From: an uncultured delta proteobacterium
GTDB lineage: Bacteria > Myxococcota_A > Polyangia > Polyangiales > Polyangiaceae
Length of the DNA: 64,000 nt
Assembly (NCBI GenBank): GCA_963696385.1
Contig: CAVOKF010000005.1
Location: forward strand, 1,120,001-1,184,000
Direction of reading: 5' to 3'
Shown: one piece after another, positions 19,956-29,837 of the stretch
How the letters are laid out: every line of letters starts with the position of its first letter
How positions within the stretch are numbered: position 1 is the stretch's first letter
The notes under the pieces: generated by a model
Database searches by the model: none
Told to the model about the DNA's origin: nothing
Seen by the model: only the letters and a program-made list of their open reading frames with translations
Made by a program: the position numbers and the translations under genes

Positions 19956-21758
19956 GTGCACCGAACTGCCATTGCCGCTGCCGCGCGGCTGCTTCTCTCG
20001 TGGACGCTCCTGATGGCGGCAAGCGTCGTCAGCGCTCCGGCGTTGGCTTCCGACGCACGAATCGAGCGCGACGCGCGAGCACTGCAGAAAGCCGCGATCG
20101 AAGAAGACAACTTGAACATGAATTACTCCGTGGCCGTGCGCAAGCTGCAGGTGGCCGTGAGCAAGTGCGGGAGCGACAAGTGCGGCACGTCGCTCAAGGC
20201 CACACTCTTACGCGACCTCGGCGCCATGCAGGTGCTCAGCGGCAGCGTCGACGAAGGCAAGGCGACCTTCTCGCACGCTTTGCAGCTCGACCCTTCCATC
20301 GAGCTCGACCCCGCTTACAAAAGCGCTGCGCTCGACGGGGTGTGGAACGAGGCCAAGCGCAAGGGCAAGGGCGCCAGCGTTCCGGCCGAAGCCGCTCCGA
20401 CCACCGGCGACTTCTCCCACACCCCGCCGACCGAAGCCCTCGTTCGTACGCCGCTCGCCATCTACGTGGAGTACCCGGCGGGCGACTCTCTCGGCCGCGT
20501 CCTCGTCAAATACAAGGGCGCGGGCATGACGGATTGGAAAAGCGTCGACCTCAAAAAGGTGGGCGACGGCTACGGAGGCCTCATCCCCTGCAAGGACGCG
20601 ACGCAGGGAACGATGCAATATTTCATTCAAGGTTTCGACCCGAAAAACCAGCCCGTGGCCATGTCCGGCAGCCGCACGGCTCCATTCACCGTGGAGGTCT
20701 CGCCGCAAATCAGCGGACCCGTGCCCAGCCTGCCGGGGCGATCGCCGCCGTCGCAATGCGGCGACAACGAAGCCGCTCCCGCGCCTTCGACTGCCCCGGA
20801 CTGCCCGCCGGACTTTCCAGGCTGCAAGGCTCCGAAAAAAGACCTGGGCGAGGCTTGCGCGAAGGACGAGGAGTGCGGCAGCGAATCCTGCGTCGACGAA
20901 AAGTGCGCCGCCAAAAAGGCGAAGGGTGAGGATTGCGAGTCCGATTCCGAGTGTTCGAGCGGGACTTGCGGCGACGGAAAGTGCTCCGACAAAAAGGGGT
21001 CCGGGTCGTATTGCGAAAGCGACGACGAGTGCGCCAGCGACCGGTGCGAAGACAGCAAGTGCGGCTCAGGAACGAGCGCCGACTTCCATCGTTGGTGGAT
21101 CGGAGTTGCAGCGGCCGGCGATTTTTTTGTCATGCCTGGCGCCACGAACGTCTGCAAGTTGAACGGTGGCGGCAACCATACGCTCAACTCGGCCGGGTAC
21201 AATTGTGTCGATCCTTCCGACGGCGACAACTTTCCGCCGAACTCGGCGACCAACACCAACATCGTCGCGGGCGACGTCCAGTCTGGCGTAGCCTTCGGCA
21301 ACGTGCGCCTTCTTGCGAGCGTCGACTACGCGCTCAGCAAAAACTTGCTCGTCGGATTGCGGGGCGGTTACGTGCTGCGCACCAATCCCGCCAAGGCAGA
21401 GCCTCGCGCCGCGTTCGCGCCCATACACCTGGAAGCGCGGCTGACGTATCTGTTCGGGCGGGACGCTCTGGTCCGGCAAACATTTTCGCCCATGGTTCTC
21501 GTTGCGGCCGGGCTCGGAGAGTTCGACGCCTATATTCCAGTCAACGTGGCGTTGACGAACCCAACGACGCTGCAAGCGGAGAACGCGTGGCTCACGGCAG
21601 GGCCCTATTTTCTCGCGTTGGGGGCTGGCGCACGGTTGAAGATCGGTTCCAACGTCGCGGCAACAGGGGCCGTCAAGATCGAGACTGCGTTCGGAGGAGG
21701 CACGGCGGGCAAGCTGTTCGGGTTCGCGCCCGAGCTCGGGGTGCTCTTCGGTCTTTGA
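19956..21758 (+). CDS. Exported protein: TPR-like N-terminus, Ig-like domain, Cys-rich repeats, C-terminal beta-barrel-like region
   Basis: GGAGG RBS before GTG; signal peptide; three GExCxxDxECxSxxCxDxKC-type repeats; alternating beta-strands ending ELGVLFGL. Confidence 0.7.
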   Translation: MHRTAIAAAARLLLSWTLLMAASVVSAPALASDARIERDARALQKAAIEEDNLNMNYSVAVRKLQVAVSKCGSDKCGTSLKATLLRDLGAMQVLSGSVDEGKATFSHALQLDPSIELDPAYKSAALDGVWNEAKRKGKGASVPAEAAPTTGDFSHTPPTEALVRTPLAIYVEYPAGDSLGRVLVKYKGAGMTDWKSVDLKKVGDGYGGLIPCKDATQGTMQYFIQGFDPKNQPVAMSGSRTAPFTVEVSPQISGPVPSLPGRSPPSQCGDNEAAPAPSTAPDCPPDFPGCKAPKKDLGEACAKDEECGSESCVDEKCAAKKAKGEDCESDSECSSGTCGDGKCSDKKGSGSYCESDDECASDRCEDSKCGSGTSADFHRWWIGVAAAGDFFVMPGATNVCKLNGGGNHTLNSAGYNCVDPSDGDNFPPNSATNTNIVAGDVQSGVAFGNVRLLASVDYALSKNLLVGLRGGYVLRTNPAKAEPRAAFAPIHLEARLTYLFGRDALVRQTFSPMVLVAAGLGEFDAYIPVNVALTNPTTLQAENAWLTAGPYFLALGAGARLKIGSNVAATGAVKIETAFGGGTAGKLFGFAPELGVLFGL

Positions 21759-21833
21759 GTCGACCCGTGCGACGAGGTCCGGCAAAACCGCGCTCTCGGC
21801 GTCGAGTGGGTCGAGGCCGATGGCCGCCGACCG

Positions 21834-22937
21834 TCATTCGAAGACGAGCAACCGGCACTCGATCGGCCCGTTGTAGAGAATCCAGAAGCGATTCGGTCGG
21901 CGCCGGATCGTCCGCGGGATCTCCGGCGAGCCGGCCAGAATGCCCGTCGTGTACGAGCGCATGCGCTCGACAGCGCGCGCCAGGCCGACGTAGAGACGGC
22001 GGTCGGCGTCGATGCGCTCTCCATACGGCGGGTTCGTCACGAGGAACCCGGACGGCTCGACCGGTGCGAGGTCATGCACGTCCTTTTGCTCGATTCGAAG
22101 ATCGACGCCCGCCCTGTGCGCATTTTCGCGAGTGCATTGGACGGCCGCTGCATCGACGTCGCTCGCCATGACGATCGGGGCTTCTTTTCGGATCGAAGAG
22201 CGCGCATGGTCTCGCAGCTCCCGCATGCGGGCGCGCAGAGCGTCGTCACAGGTTGCCCAACGCTCGAGTCCGAAGGCTGCTCTCGAAAGTCCCGGAGCCT
22301 GTCCGACCGCCCATGCTGCGGCTTCGATGGCGATCGTGCCGGCACCGCACATGGGATCCACGAAGGGGCTCTGTCGATCCCAGCCGGATAGACGAATGAC
22401 CGCTGCGGCGAGCGTCTCGCGCAGGGGGGCCGGGCCCGATCGCACACGCCAACCGCGAGCGTGCAGTGACGCGCCGCTCACGTCGAGATAGAGCGTCGCG
22501 TGATCGCGGGCGAGGTAAACCGAGACGCCCACGTCCGGATCGTTGCGGTCGACGCAAGGACGAGCTCCGAGGCGGTCGCGGATCACGTCGACGATGGCGT
22601 CTTTGGTCTTTTGGGCGACGTATTGGGAGTGGGTGAGACGGCTCGACCGGCAACTGGCTCGTACCGCAAGCGTCGTACGGTGGTTCATCCAGGCGTGCCA
22701 ATCGATCGCGCGCACGCCATCGTACAATGCGGCTTCGTCGGCGGCGCCGAAGCTGCCGATTTCGAACAAGACTCGAACGGCCACGCGCGACCACATGCAT
22801 GCGCGGGCCGCGTCGAATAAGTCTCCTTCGAAGTGGACTCCACCGCGGTCGGCCCGCACGCGGTGCAGTCGCAATTCCCGCAGCTCGTCGCGAAGCGCGG
22901 GCTCCGTCCCTTTGGCAGCGGTCGCAAAGAAGCGCAC
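21834..22937 (-). CDS. THUMP-domain class I SAM RNA methyltransferase (RlmL-like)
   Basis: SLHARGWR, APLRETLAAA, DPMCGAGTIAIEAA, TNPPYGER. Confidence 0.92.
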   Translation of the reverse strand: MRFFATAAKGTEPALRDELRELRLHRVRADRGGVHFEGDLFDAARACMWSRVAVRVLFEIGSFGAADEAALYDGVRAIDWHAWMNHRTTLAVRASCRSSRLTHSQYVAQKTKDAIVDVIRDRLGARPCVDRNDPDVGVSVYLARDHATLYLDVSGASLHARGWRVRSGPAPLRETLAAAVIRLSGWDRQSPFVDPMCGAGTIAIEAAAWAVGQAPGLSRAAFGLERWATCDDALRARMRELRDHARSSIRKEAPIVMASDVDAAAVQCTRENAHRAGVDLRIEQKDVHDLAPVEPSGFLVTNPPYGERIDADRRLYVGLARAVERMRSYTTGILAGSPEIPRTIRRRPNRFWILYNGPIECRLLVFE

Positions 22938-23063
22938 GGTTAGCGGAGGGTCTCAGGCTTCGGCCGCGGGCGCTTCGCGAAGACGGAGAACCGCGTCGAT
23001 CGCGGAACGAAGCGGGTTCGGTGCCGAGCCTGTCCTTTCCAGTACGGGACGCACGACCTACGC

Positions 23064-24086
23064 TCACGGGGCCGGAAGGGTGTCGTGGAACTCCCGCAGA
23101 CGGGCGATCGCGCGCGACAACGAAAGCGCGAACGTCATGTGACCGCCGGGCAGCCACTCGATCGGCGGCTCCCCCCATGCGCGCCACTGCCGTTCGACGA
23201 CCGCCGCAGGAATGTAAATGTCGTCTCGCGCCATGATCCACAGCTGACGCTCACGGGGCAAGAGCGGCCGCAACGACTCGAGGCCGAGGCGGCTGAATAT
23301 TTGCCGGCGGCGCGCCGGGCCGACACCGAAGCGCTCGAGATCCGACTTCATGCGCCAAAAGATCGGAGCGTCCTCAATCGCTTCGGCCAGCTGAAGATGG
23401 CCGATGATTGGAGCGATGTAGTCGGGCAGGGGTGCGACACAAGCCAAAACCATCGCTACGGACGCCCCCATGCTGATGCCCGTTACGCCCACCTCGGTGT
23501 AACCCTGGGCACGCAGCCATGCCACGAGCGTCCGTGCATCGAGGCACGATTGACGCACCGCCTCGAGGGAGCGAACGAGGTCGGCCGTCCAGAAAAACTC
23601 CCCGTGATAGAGCGAGTTTTTGGGTTTCCGCGTCCCGTGGAAAGGCAGTTGCAGATGCAACACGTCAACGCCGAGCGCGTCGTAGAGTCGCGGAAGAAAC
23701 AGCGTGTGCCATGGGGCGGGCTCAAGCCAGCCGTGAACGTACACGAGGGCGCGCTCTCGGCTTGCGCGAAGCGGATGCATGAAGCGCGCGGTTGCGGTCT
23801 GATTTCGGACGTACTCACCCGCGTGGCGCGCTCGATAGTGAGGGCAGAGCGGAGCGTGAGGGCTGTGCCACTGCAGGAGTTCCACGACGCGCTCGCCGCG
23901 GTGCCCCGAGCGGAGTCCACGCCGCTGGAGATCGCGCGGGACCACCGGGTCGGGGAAAAAGACGGATAACGGCACGTCCAGATACGGGCCGAGATCGTCG
24001 ACCGTATTGACTTGAGCGCTGCGCAGGTGCACAAGGCGCGAGAGACCGCCGACGATGCGGTCGACGCTCCGTCCGAAAGACGCCAT
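23064..24086 (-). CDS. Alpha/beta hydrolase (ABHD18/DUF2048-like)
   Basis: YVHGW, LPFHGTR, GISMG nucleophile elbow, ARDD, GGH. Confidence 0.8.
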   Translation of the reverse strand: MASFGRSVDRIVGGLSRLVHLRSAQVNTVDDLGPYLDVPLSVFFPDPVVPRDLQRRGLRSGHRGERVVELLQWHSPHAPLCPHYRARHAGEYVRNQTATARFMHPLRASRERALVYVHGWLEPAPWHTLFLPRLYDALGVDVLHLQLPFHGTRKPKNSLYHGEFFWTADLVRSLEAVRQSCLDARTLVAWLRAQGYTEVGVTGISMGASVAMVLACVAPLPDYIAPIIGHLQLAEAIEDAPIFWRMKSDLERFGVGPARRRQIFSRLGLESLRPLLPRERQLWIMARDDIYIPAAVVERQWRAWGEPPIEWLPGGHMTFALSLSRAIARLREFHDTLPAP

Positions 24087-24192
24087 CCCGCGACGAGCCT
24101 AGCATCATCGTCGCCTCCGGCGCCCTGCGCCGTACAAGCGGAGCGAATCCAAAGCGCGCCCCACCTCCCCCACGGCGCATCGCGGACGGCAG

Positions 24193-25404
24193 TCAGCGCC
24201 GCACAATCGTCTGCGTGCGCCACGCGCTCCACGCCAAAAGGAGCCCGCACGCCGCGGCGGCGAGGCCGGCGTCGACCGCGAGCGCGGCCCCTGGCCCCTT
24301 CGCGCGCCAGAGGGTCCCCGTCAGAAGGCCGGCGGGCAGGGCCGTGATCCCGCCCACGAAGTTGTATGCCCCAAACGCTCCGCCGCGGGCATCGGGACGC
24401 GCAAGGTCTTTGACAAGCGCCTTCTCCACCGGTTCCGTCAAGCCATAAAAAACGCCGTAAAGGACGAAGAGCGTCCAAACGTGCCACGGCGCGTTCGCCG
24501 TTGCGAGCCCGAGATAAACCGCCGCGTAGACGACCCAACCCGCGGCGATGAGTCGCACACGCGGGGCCCGATCGGCCCAGGCGCCTCCGACATACGCCCA
24601 ACCTACTTTGGATAAATTCAGAACGGCCCAGAGGATGGGAATCCCGGCGGTCGAGACGCCGAGCGACCGAGCGCGAAGGAGAAGGAAGGCGTCGGAAGAA
24701 TTGCCGAGTGAAAAGACAAAGAGGACGGCGAGATACAACACGAGCGGGCAATCGAGGGCCCCCGTGACCGACGGCCGACTCCGCGCGGGAGGGCGCGTCG
24801 AATGTCGCGATGCGGACGGCGATCGGGATTTCGATCCGGGCTCGGGGACGAACGCGACGAGCGTGACGGCCACGAGGCCGGGAACGGCTGCCAGCCAGAA
24901 GATCCGACGGATCGGCCAATGGCTCGCTACGAGAACCGTTGCGAGCAACGGACCCAGGACCGCGCCGACGTTATCCATCGCCTGGTGAAAGCCGAACGCG
25001 TGTCCGGCGCGGTCACCGGCCGCGTCGGCAATGAGCGCGTCACGCGGGGAGCCGCGGACCCCTTTGCCCACCCGGTCCGTGACGCGGACCGCGAGCACAT
25101 GCCAGGGTCGAGTCGCCACAGCGACGAACGGGCGCACGGCGCTTGCGAGGCCGTAGCCAAAAAGAACAAGGGGCTTTCGCCGCCGCATGGCGTCGCTGAT
25201 GAAGCCGGAGGCCAGCTTGAGCAAGCTTGCCACCGTGTCCGCCGTTCCTTCCACCAGTCCGACGTAGGTGGGGCCTGATCCAAGCGATTCAACCAGAAAT
25301 ACCGGCAGGAGCGGGAAGATCATCTCCGTGCCCACGTCGGTAAACAGACTCGTGAACCCGAGAAGCAGGACAGTCCGCGGCAGGCAATCCGCTCGAGGTC
25401 GCAT
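24193..25404 (-). CDS. MFS transporter
   Basis: FTDVGTEMIFPLLP, DRVGKGVRGSPRDALI, FGFHQAMD; about 12 TM segments; start uncertain. Confidence 0.92.
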   Translation of the reverse strand: MRPRADCLPRTVLLLGFTSLFTDVGTEMIFPLLPVFLVESLGSGPTYVGLVEGTADTVASLLKLASGFISDAMRRRKPLVLFGYGLASAVRPFVAVATRPWHVLAVRVTDRVGKGVRGSPRDALIADAAGDRAGHAFGFHQAMDNVGAVLGPLLATVLVASHWPIRRIFWLAAVPGLVAVTLVAFVPEPGSKSRSPSASRHSTRPPARSRPSVTGALDCPLVLYLAVLFVFSLGNSSDAFLLLRARSLGVSTAGIPILWAVLNLSKVGWAYVGGAWADRAPRVRLIAAGWVVYAAVYLGLATANAPWHVWTLFVLYGVFYGLTEPVEKALVKDLARPDARGGAFGAYNFVGGITALPAGLLTGTLWRAKGPGAALAVDAGLAAAACGLLLAWSAWRTQTIVRR

Positions 25405-25633
25405 TCGGGTGGCCTCTAGCATGCGTGCTAGGCAAGCGGCCGCGTTCTCGGTTGTCTTGTTCATTCGCCACGGGCCGCGTCCGCCGGTCACGTGTACCGG
25501 TTCAATCCCCGTTCCTGAATCGGGCCTCGGCGGGGTGTGCACTCCGTCCGTTCACGCGAATCCGGATCCGCACGAAGACCGGCTGGTCACGTGGGTGGCA
25601 TCGAGTCCACCAGGGGCCCTCAGCTCGGCCGAT

Positions 25634-26383
25634 TCACCAGGCATCGCGGGGCCGTCGCCGGCCCCATTCCCGCCACCGATCGTAGTCGTGGATGCGGGAT
25701 CGCCCAGACAGGAAGAAGCGCAGAAGCACCAAGCCCGCGACGAAGCCGCCGACGTGGGCCATGAACGCCACGCCGCCCACTTGGGTATTGGCTACCGCGT
25801 TCAATAGGTTGGCGACGAAGAAAAGTGCAATGACAAGCCAGGCCGGGAAGGTCAGGAACAACCCGAAGAAGAACCACAGGAGGAATACCGGATTGAGCAC
25901 GGTGATGGGGGAGTGCGGGTAAAGCAACGCATAGGCCGCCAGCACCGCTGAAATGGCTCCTGACGCGCCGACCATGGGCATCGCCATGGCGCTTGGGTCG
26001 CCCAGCGCGGCCACGGCCTGGGCCGCGGCCGCGCACGCCCCGCCGATCAGGTAGAACGCGAGGTAGCGCAAGTGTCCCATGGCGTCTTCGACATTGTCAC
26101 CGAAGATCCAGAGGTACAGCATATTGCCCCCGACATGCATGAGTCCCCCGTGCATGAACATGCTCGTGAAGATCGTCTCGACCGCGAACGTGGGGTGGGT
26201 CACGAGCTCCGCTGGGACGAACCCGAACCCCCTCGCCAGCGCTTCGGGATCGATGCCGTTCGCCACCTGGACCTGCTCCCAGAGGAAGACGACGACGTTC
26301 GTCGCGATGAGCGCGTAGTTGACCCACGGCACGGTACGAGTCGGCAGGTGATCGCGAAGCGGGAGCACGAGGCACCTTGACAT
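25634..26383 (-). CDS. Rhomboid intramembrane serine protease
   Basis: SMFMHGGLMHVGGNMLYLWIFGDNVED, GASG, AHVGG. Confidence 0.93.
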   Translation of the reverse strand: MSRCLVLPLRDHLPTRTVPWVNYALIATNVVVFLWEQVQVANGIDPEALARGFGFVPAELVTHPTFAVETIFTSMFMHGGLMHVGGNMLYLWIFGDNVEDAMGHLRYLAFYLIGGACAAAAQAVAALGDPSAMAMPMVGASGAISAVLAAYALLYPHSPITVLNPVFLLWFFFGLFLTFPAWLVIALFFVANLLNAVANTQVGGVAFMAHVGGFVAGLVLLRFFLSGRSRIHDYDRWREWGRRRPRDAW

Positions 26384-26472
26384 GGATCCGCGTGCACGGC
26401 TCGACTAGCGCGGTCGGCAACATCTCTGCCCTTCGAGGCCCATCGCGTCGGCACGACGCGTTCGGGTGGACA

Positions 26473-27252
26473 TCAGAATGTCCAGCCGAAATGACACAGG
26501 AATCTCGGCACGAGGGCGGTCGTTGCGGCCATGTGCACCACACCGAGGCCGACGCCCGCGCCGACGATAAAGCCCTCGTAAAAGATCTCCTGTGTACCCA
26601 GGTCCAGCGCAAGGCCCAGATAGGGCTGCGCACGCGGCGCATCGCCAACGCTCGCGCGAGTCGTGACGCCCATGAGAAGCGACGGTCCGAAGAAGGGGCC
26701 GTGAAGGGCTCCCAGCTCCGACCACCCGTAATGGTAGCCAACTTCGCCTCCGAAGCCGAGCGACGAAGAGGTCGCGAAGCCGAAACCTTCGGACAACAAG
26801 CTATGCGGGCTGCCTCAATCGGTGCCGAAGACGAGCGCGTTCGGCGACAGGACCACAGCATGGTGCGGAGCGAGCTGCGCTTCGACGTTGGCGCTCAGTC
26901 GTCCCAAAAACAATCCGAGCGGGTTCCACGTGACGGCCACGCTCCGCCGAGGGGCCTGTTCGAACATCGGGGCGGGTTCGGTACGCGCGTCGACTCGAGC
27001 TTCTGCGCGCCGATGCCCGCTCGTGCCGACGGAGGTCTGGAGCGGCTGGCGCCGCGCCGGCTGAGGCGACCCGCTTGGCGCAGGCTCGGGAGGTGGCGGC
27101 AACGACGGGACCTCGCTTGGCTCGTCCAAAGGCGGCAGCGGAGGCGGTGGCAGGTCCGGCTGCGCGCTCGCGGCCCTCGCACAAAGCAGCACCGCCGGCG
27201 CCGTGCCGTACCAAGACTGGACCACGCGTCGCCACCATGGCGGCGAACTCAC
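26473..27252 (-). pseudogene. DUF3575-like outer-membrane beta-barrel gene with an in-frame TGA at 26815-26817
   Basis: The two track ORFs share one frame (...FGTD*GSPHSLLSEG...); signal peptide at the start and beta-signal HFGWTF at the end. Confidence 0.7.
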
Positions 27253-27542
27253 TCGGGCGGTTTCGGCTTGCGGATTTCGCTCTCCTCGCGTGACGCGTTC
27301 GTTTTCGACCCGCCTTCTGCGTCGCGATTTGCCTGACGTTCTCCCTTGTTGCCCAAGACGCCTCGCTCGATGGTCGCCGCCACGTTCTCGATCGCGCGCC
27401 CGACCTCGCGGGCGCTGGCGACGACGACCTCCTCCAGATCCTTGGTCGGAAGCTTGCGCGCGGCGGTGCGTGCGGCGCGGAAAAGCAGCCCCAAGCCCTG
27501 GGCCACATCGCTCAGCGGGTTCGGTGGCTTCTCCTCGGTCAT
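27249..27542 (-). CDS. Small hypothetical helical protein
   Basis: Fills the gap in the minus-strand run, overlaps the next gene by 4 bp, amphipathic helix. Confidence 0.7.
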   Translation of the reverse strand: MTEEKPPNPLSDVAQGLGLLFRAARTAARKLPTKDLEEVVVASAREVGRAIENVAATIERGVLGNKGERQANRDAEGGSKTNASREESEIRKPKPPE

Positions 27543-27596
27543 GGCTTCAATGTTGCCACGGGCGGTCGCCCTGTCGAGAACCAGCGACGGCGGCCT

Positions 27597-29723
27597 TCAT
27601 CGGGGCGTCGCGGCCTTGCGGTGTGGCCGCCAGGCCGTCGAGCGATCGCGGCCGGAACGTTTCGACACGTACAAGGCGTCATCGGCCGCCTTGAAAAGCG
27701 ATTCCCAGTCACGGCCGGCTTCCGGAAGGGTCGCGACACCCACGGAGCATGTCACCGAGACGACGCCGTTCGGCGCGCGGAAAAGCGTTTTGCCCAGCTC
27801 GTCGCGAATGCGCTCGGCGAGTAGCATCGCGCCTTTTTCGTCCGTCTGCTCGCACAGGACGACGAATTCCTCGCCCCCAAACCGGGCCACCACGTCCGTC
27901 GAGCGCTTCTGCCGCTTGAGGACGTCGCCCAAGCCTCGAATGACGACGTCGCCGACGTCGTGACCGTGCGTGTCATTGACCCGCTTGAAATGGTCGATGT
28001 CGACCACCAGCACGGACAGCTTGCGGCCGAACCTCGTTGCGGCCGCGATCTTCTGCGCGGCCGCGTCGAGCATCGCGCGCTTGTTGAAAAGCGACGTCAG
28101 CCCGTCTGTGGTGGCCATGGTCTCGAGCTTGTGCACCATCCGCGCATTCGAAAGGCTCACAGCGAGATGGCTGGCCAACACTTCGAGCGTGGGGCGCACC
28201 GAGTCGCCGAACGCGTGGCGCCGCTTGGCGCCCAAAATCAGCGTTCCGAGCGCTCGGTCATGGATGACGAGCGGCAACACGAGCAGGCTCGGGTAGGACG
28301 GCCACGGGACGCGCTTGCTTAGGACGACCTTTTGGCCCCCCTCGTGCTCGCCCCGATACGGCAAGGGGCACCGGTTCTGAACCACCATCGAGACAAGGCC
28401 GGCATTGTGCGCAAATCGGATGCCGACCAAGTCGTCGATCTCGCCCCGCGAACTCTTCGCGGCAACGACTTCGTGCGATCTCGCCACATCATCGAAAACC
28501 GTGACAGCCGCAACGTCGAAGCTTGCGATTTCGCGTGCCGCTTTCACCCCAGCTTCGACGACGTCCTTCTCGCTCAGGGCTGCCCCAAGCGACTGCGCCG
28601 CACGATAGAGCTTGCCTTGCTCGACCTTCGCGCGCTCCAGTTGCAGAAATACTCGCTCATTCTGAATCGCCCGCAGGCAGAATCGCGCGGCCTGGGCGGC
28701 GACCTCTTCCTCGTGCGGCGTAAATGGCGTGTTCTCCTTTCGATCGACCACCAAGACGCCGCGCAGGGTCTCGGAATCGAGCACCGGGATTGCCAAGAGC
28801 GCTCGAATCGGGCAAGGGGTGACGTAGTAGGGTACTTTGAACGAAGCTTTCAACCCGTGGAGAGAGACCCGCGCGCGATGGGACAACACAGCTCCGAGCA
28901 CACCATCGCCCGCCGGGATCGGTGCGTCGCGCACGTCGTCGGAGGTCGTCGAAAGCTCGCTGATTCGAAGATGCGTGCCAGCGTCGTTCAGCCAGAGGAG
29001 CACCGCGGTATGCAGATCGAGCGAGCGTCGCAAAAGGTCGAGCGCGTAATGGACCGACTGATGGATCTCCTCGACGCTCGCTCGGGCCAATCGGTCGTTT
29101 CTCGCTTCGTCCCGATCGCCGTTCTCGCCCGCGCCGAGCAAGCGGTAGCTTCGCGCGTCCTCTTTGAGTCGAACGAGCTGAGCCTCGAGTCGGGCGCGCG
29201 CCGTAGCGCGAACGCGAGCGACCTCCGCGCGCAATAGCAGAAGGTTGACGAGCGCGAAGGCGGCATAGAATGCCGCGTGCAGGCACATGGACGACAGGGC
29301 TTCCTTGCCGGAGCCGAAGTGCAGAGCCGCTTCGAGTCCGACCACCCAGACGATGACGAGGGCGCTGGCGAGTGGCCGAGCGAAAGCGGCGAGGAACGCA
29401 ATGAAGACGTAGAGCAGCGGCGACATTCGACCGCTCAGACCTCCGTCGAACCGCACGAGCGCGGCCTCGATCGCCGTCGCGATCAACACGCCGATCTCGA
29501 AATCGAGCAGTACGCTCGCGTCGCCCGTTTCGCGCAGCTTGCGACGAACGCGGATCCCGATCAGAACGGCCCAGAACCCGACGGCCGTCGCAAGGCCGGG
29601 ACCGATGTCGGCGCGGGCTCCGCCCAGAGCGAAATACGCGCCGAGAGCACAGGCTCCGAGCGACCCGTGACCGCGCCGGAGCAGCGTGCGCAGCGCGAGC
29701 GACGCCCGGACGAGCGGTTCCAT
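27597..29723 (-). CDS. Membrane-bound GAF-GAF-GGDEF diguanylate cyclase (DmxA-like architecture)
   Basis: N-terminal TM helices, two GAF domains, DIDHFKRVND, I-site RSTD, RFGGEEF. Confidence 0.92.
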   Translation of the reverse strand: MEPLVRASLALRTLLRRGHGSLGACALGAYFALGGARADIGPGLATAVGFWAVLIGIRVRRKLRETGDASVLLDFEIGVLIATAIEAALVRFDGGLSGRMSPLLYVFIAFLAAFARPLASALVIVWVVGLEAALHFGSGKEALSSMCLHAAFYAAFALVNLLLLRAEVARVRATARARLEAQLVRLKEDARSYRLLGAGENGDRDEARNDRLARASVEEIHQSVHYALDLLRRSLDLHTAVLLWLNDAGTHLRISELSTTSDDVRDAPIPAGDGVLGAVLSHRARVSLHGLKASFKVPYYVTPCPIRALLAIPVLDSETLRGVLVVDRKENTPFTPHEEEVAAQAARFCLRAIQNERVFLQLERAKVEQGKLYRAAQSLGAALSEKDVVEAGVKAAREIASFDVAAVTVFDDVARSHEVVAAKSSRGEIDDLVGIRFAHNAGLVSMVVQNRCPLPYRGEHEGGQKVVLSKRVPWPSYPSLLVLPLVIHDRALGTLILGAKRRHAFGDSVRPTLEVLASHLAVSLSNARMVHKLETMATTDGLTSLFNKRAMLDAAAQKIAAATRFGRKLSVLVVDIDHFKRVNDTHGHDVGDVVIRGLGDVLKRQKRSTDVVARFGGEEFVVLCEQTDEKGAMLLAERIRDELGKTLFRAPNGVVSVTCSVGVATLPEAGRDWESLFKAADDALYVSKRSGRDRSTAWRPHRKAATPR

Positions 29724-29837
29724 CGCAACGACAGCTACCGGAGCGAATCTTGCGGGGGCAACAAAGCGTTGAACGAGGCGGAGTCCGGCCCGGGATTAGC
29801 CGATGCATCGAACCTGTCCTATGGATGGTCGGCCGTG

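Noticed and set aside
22953..23054. 33-aa minus-strand ORF (MRPVLERTG...APAAEA)
   Set aside because: No recognisable motif; could be a gene remnant but is unsupported.
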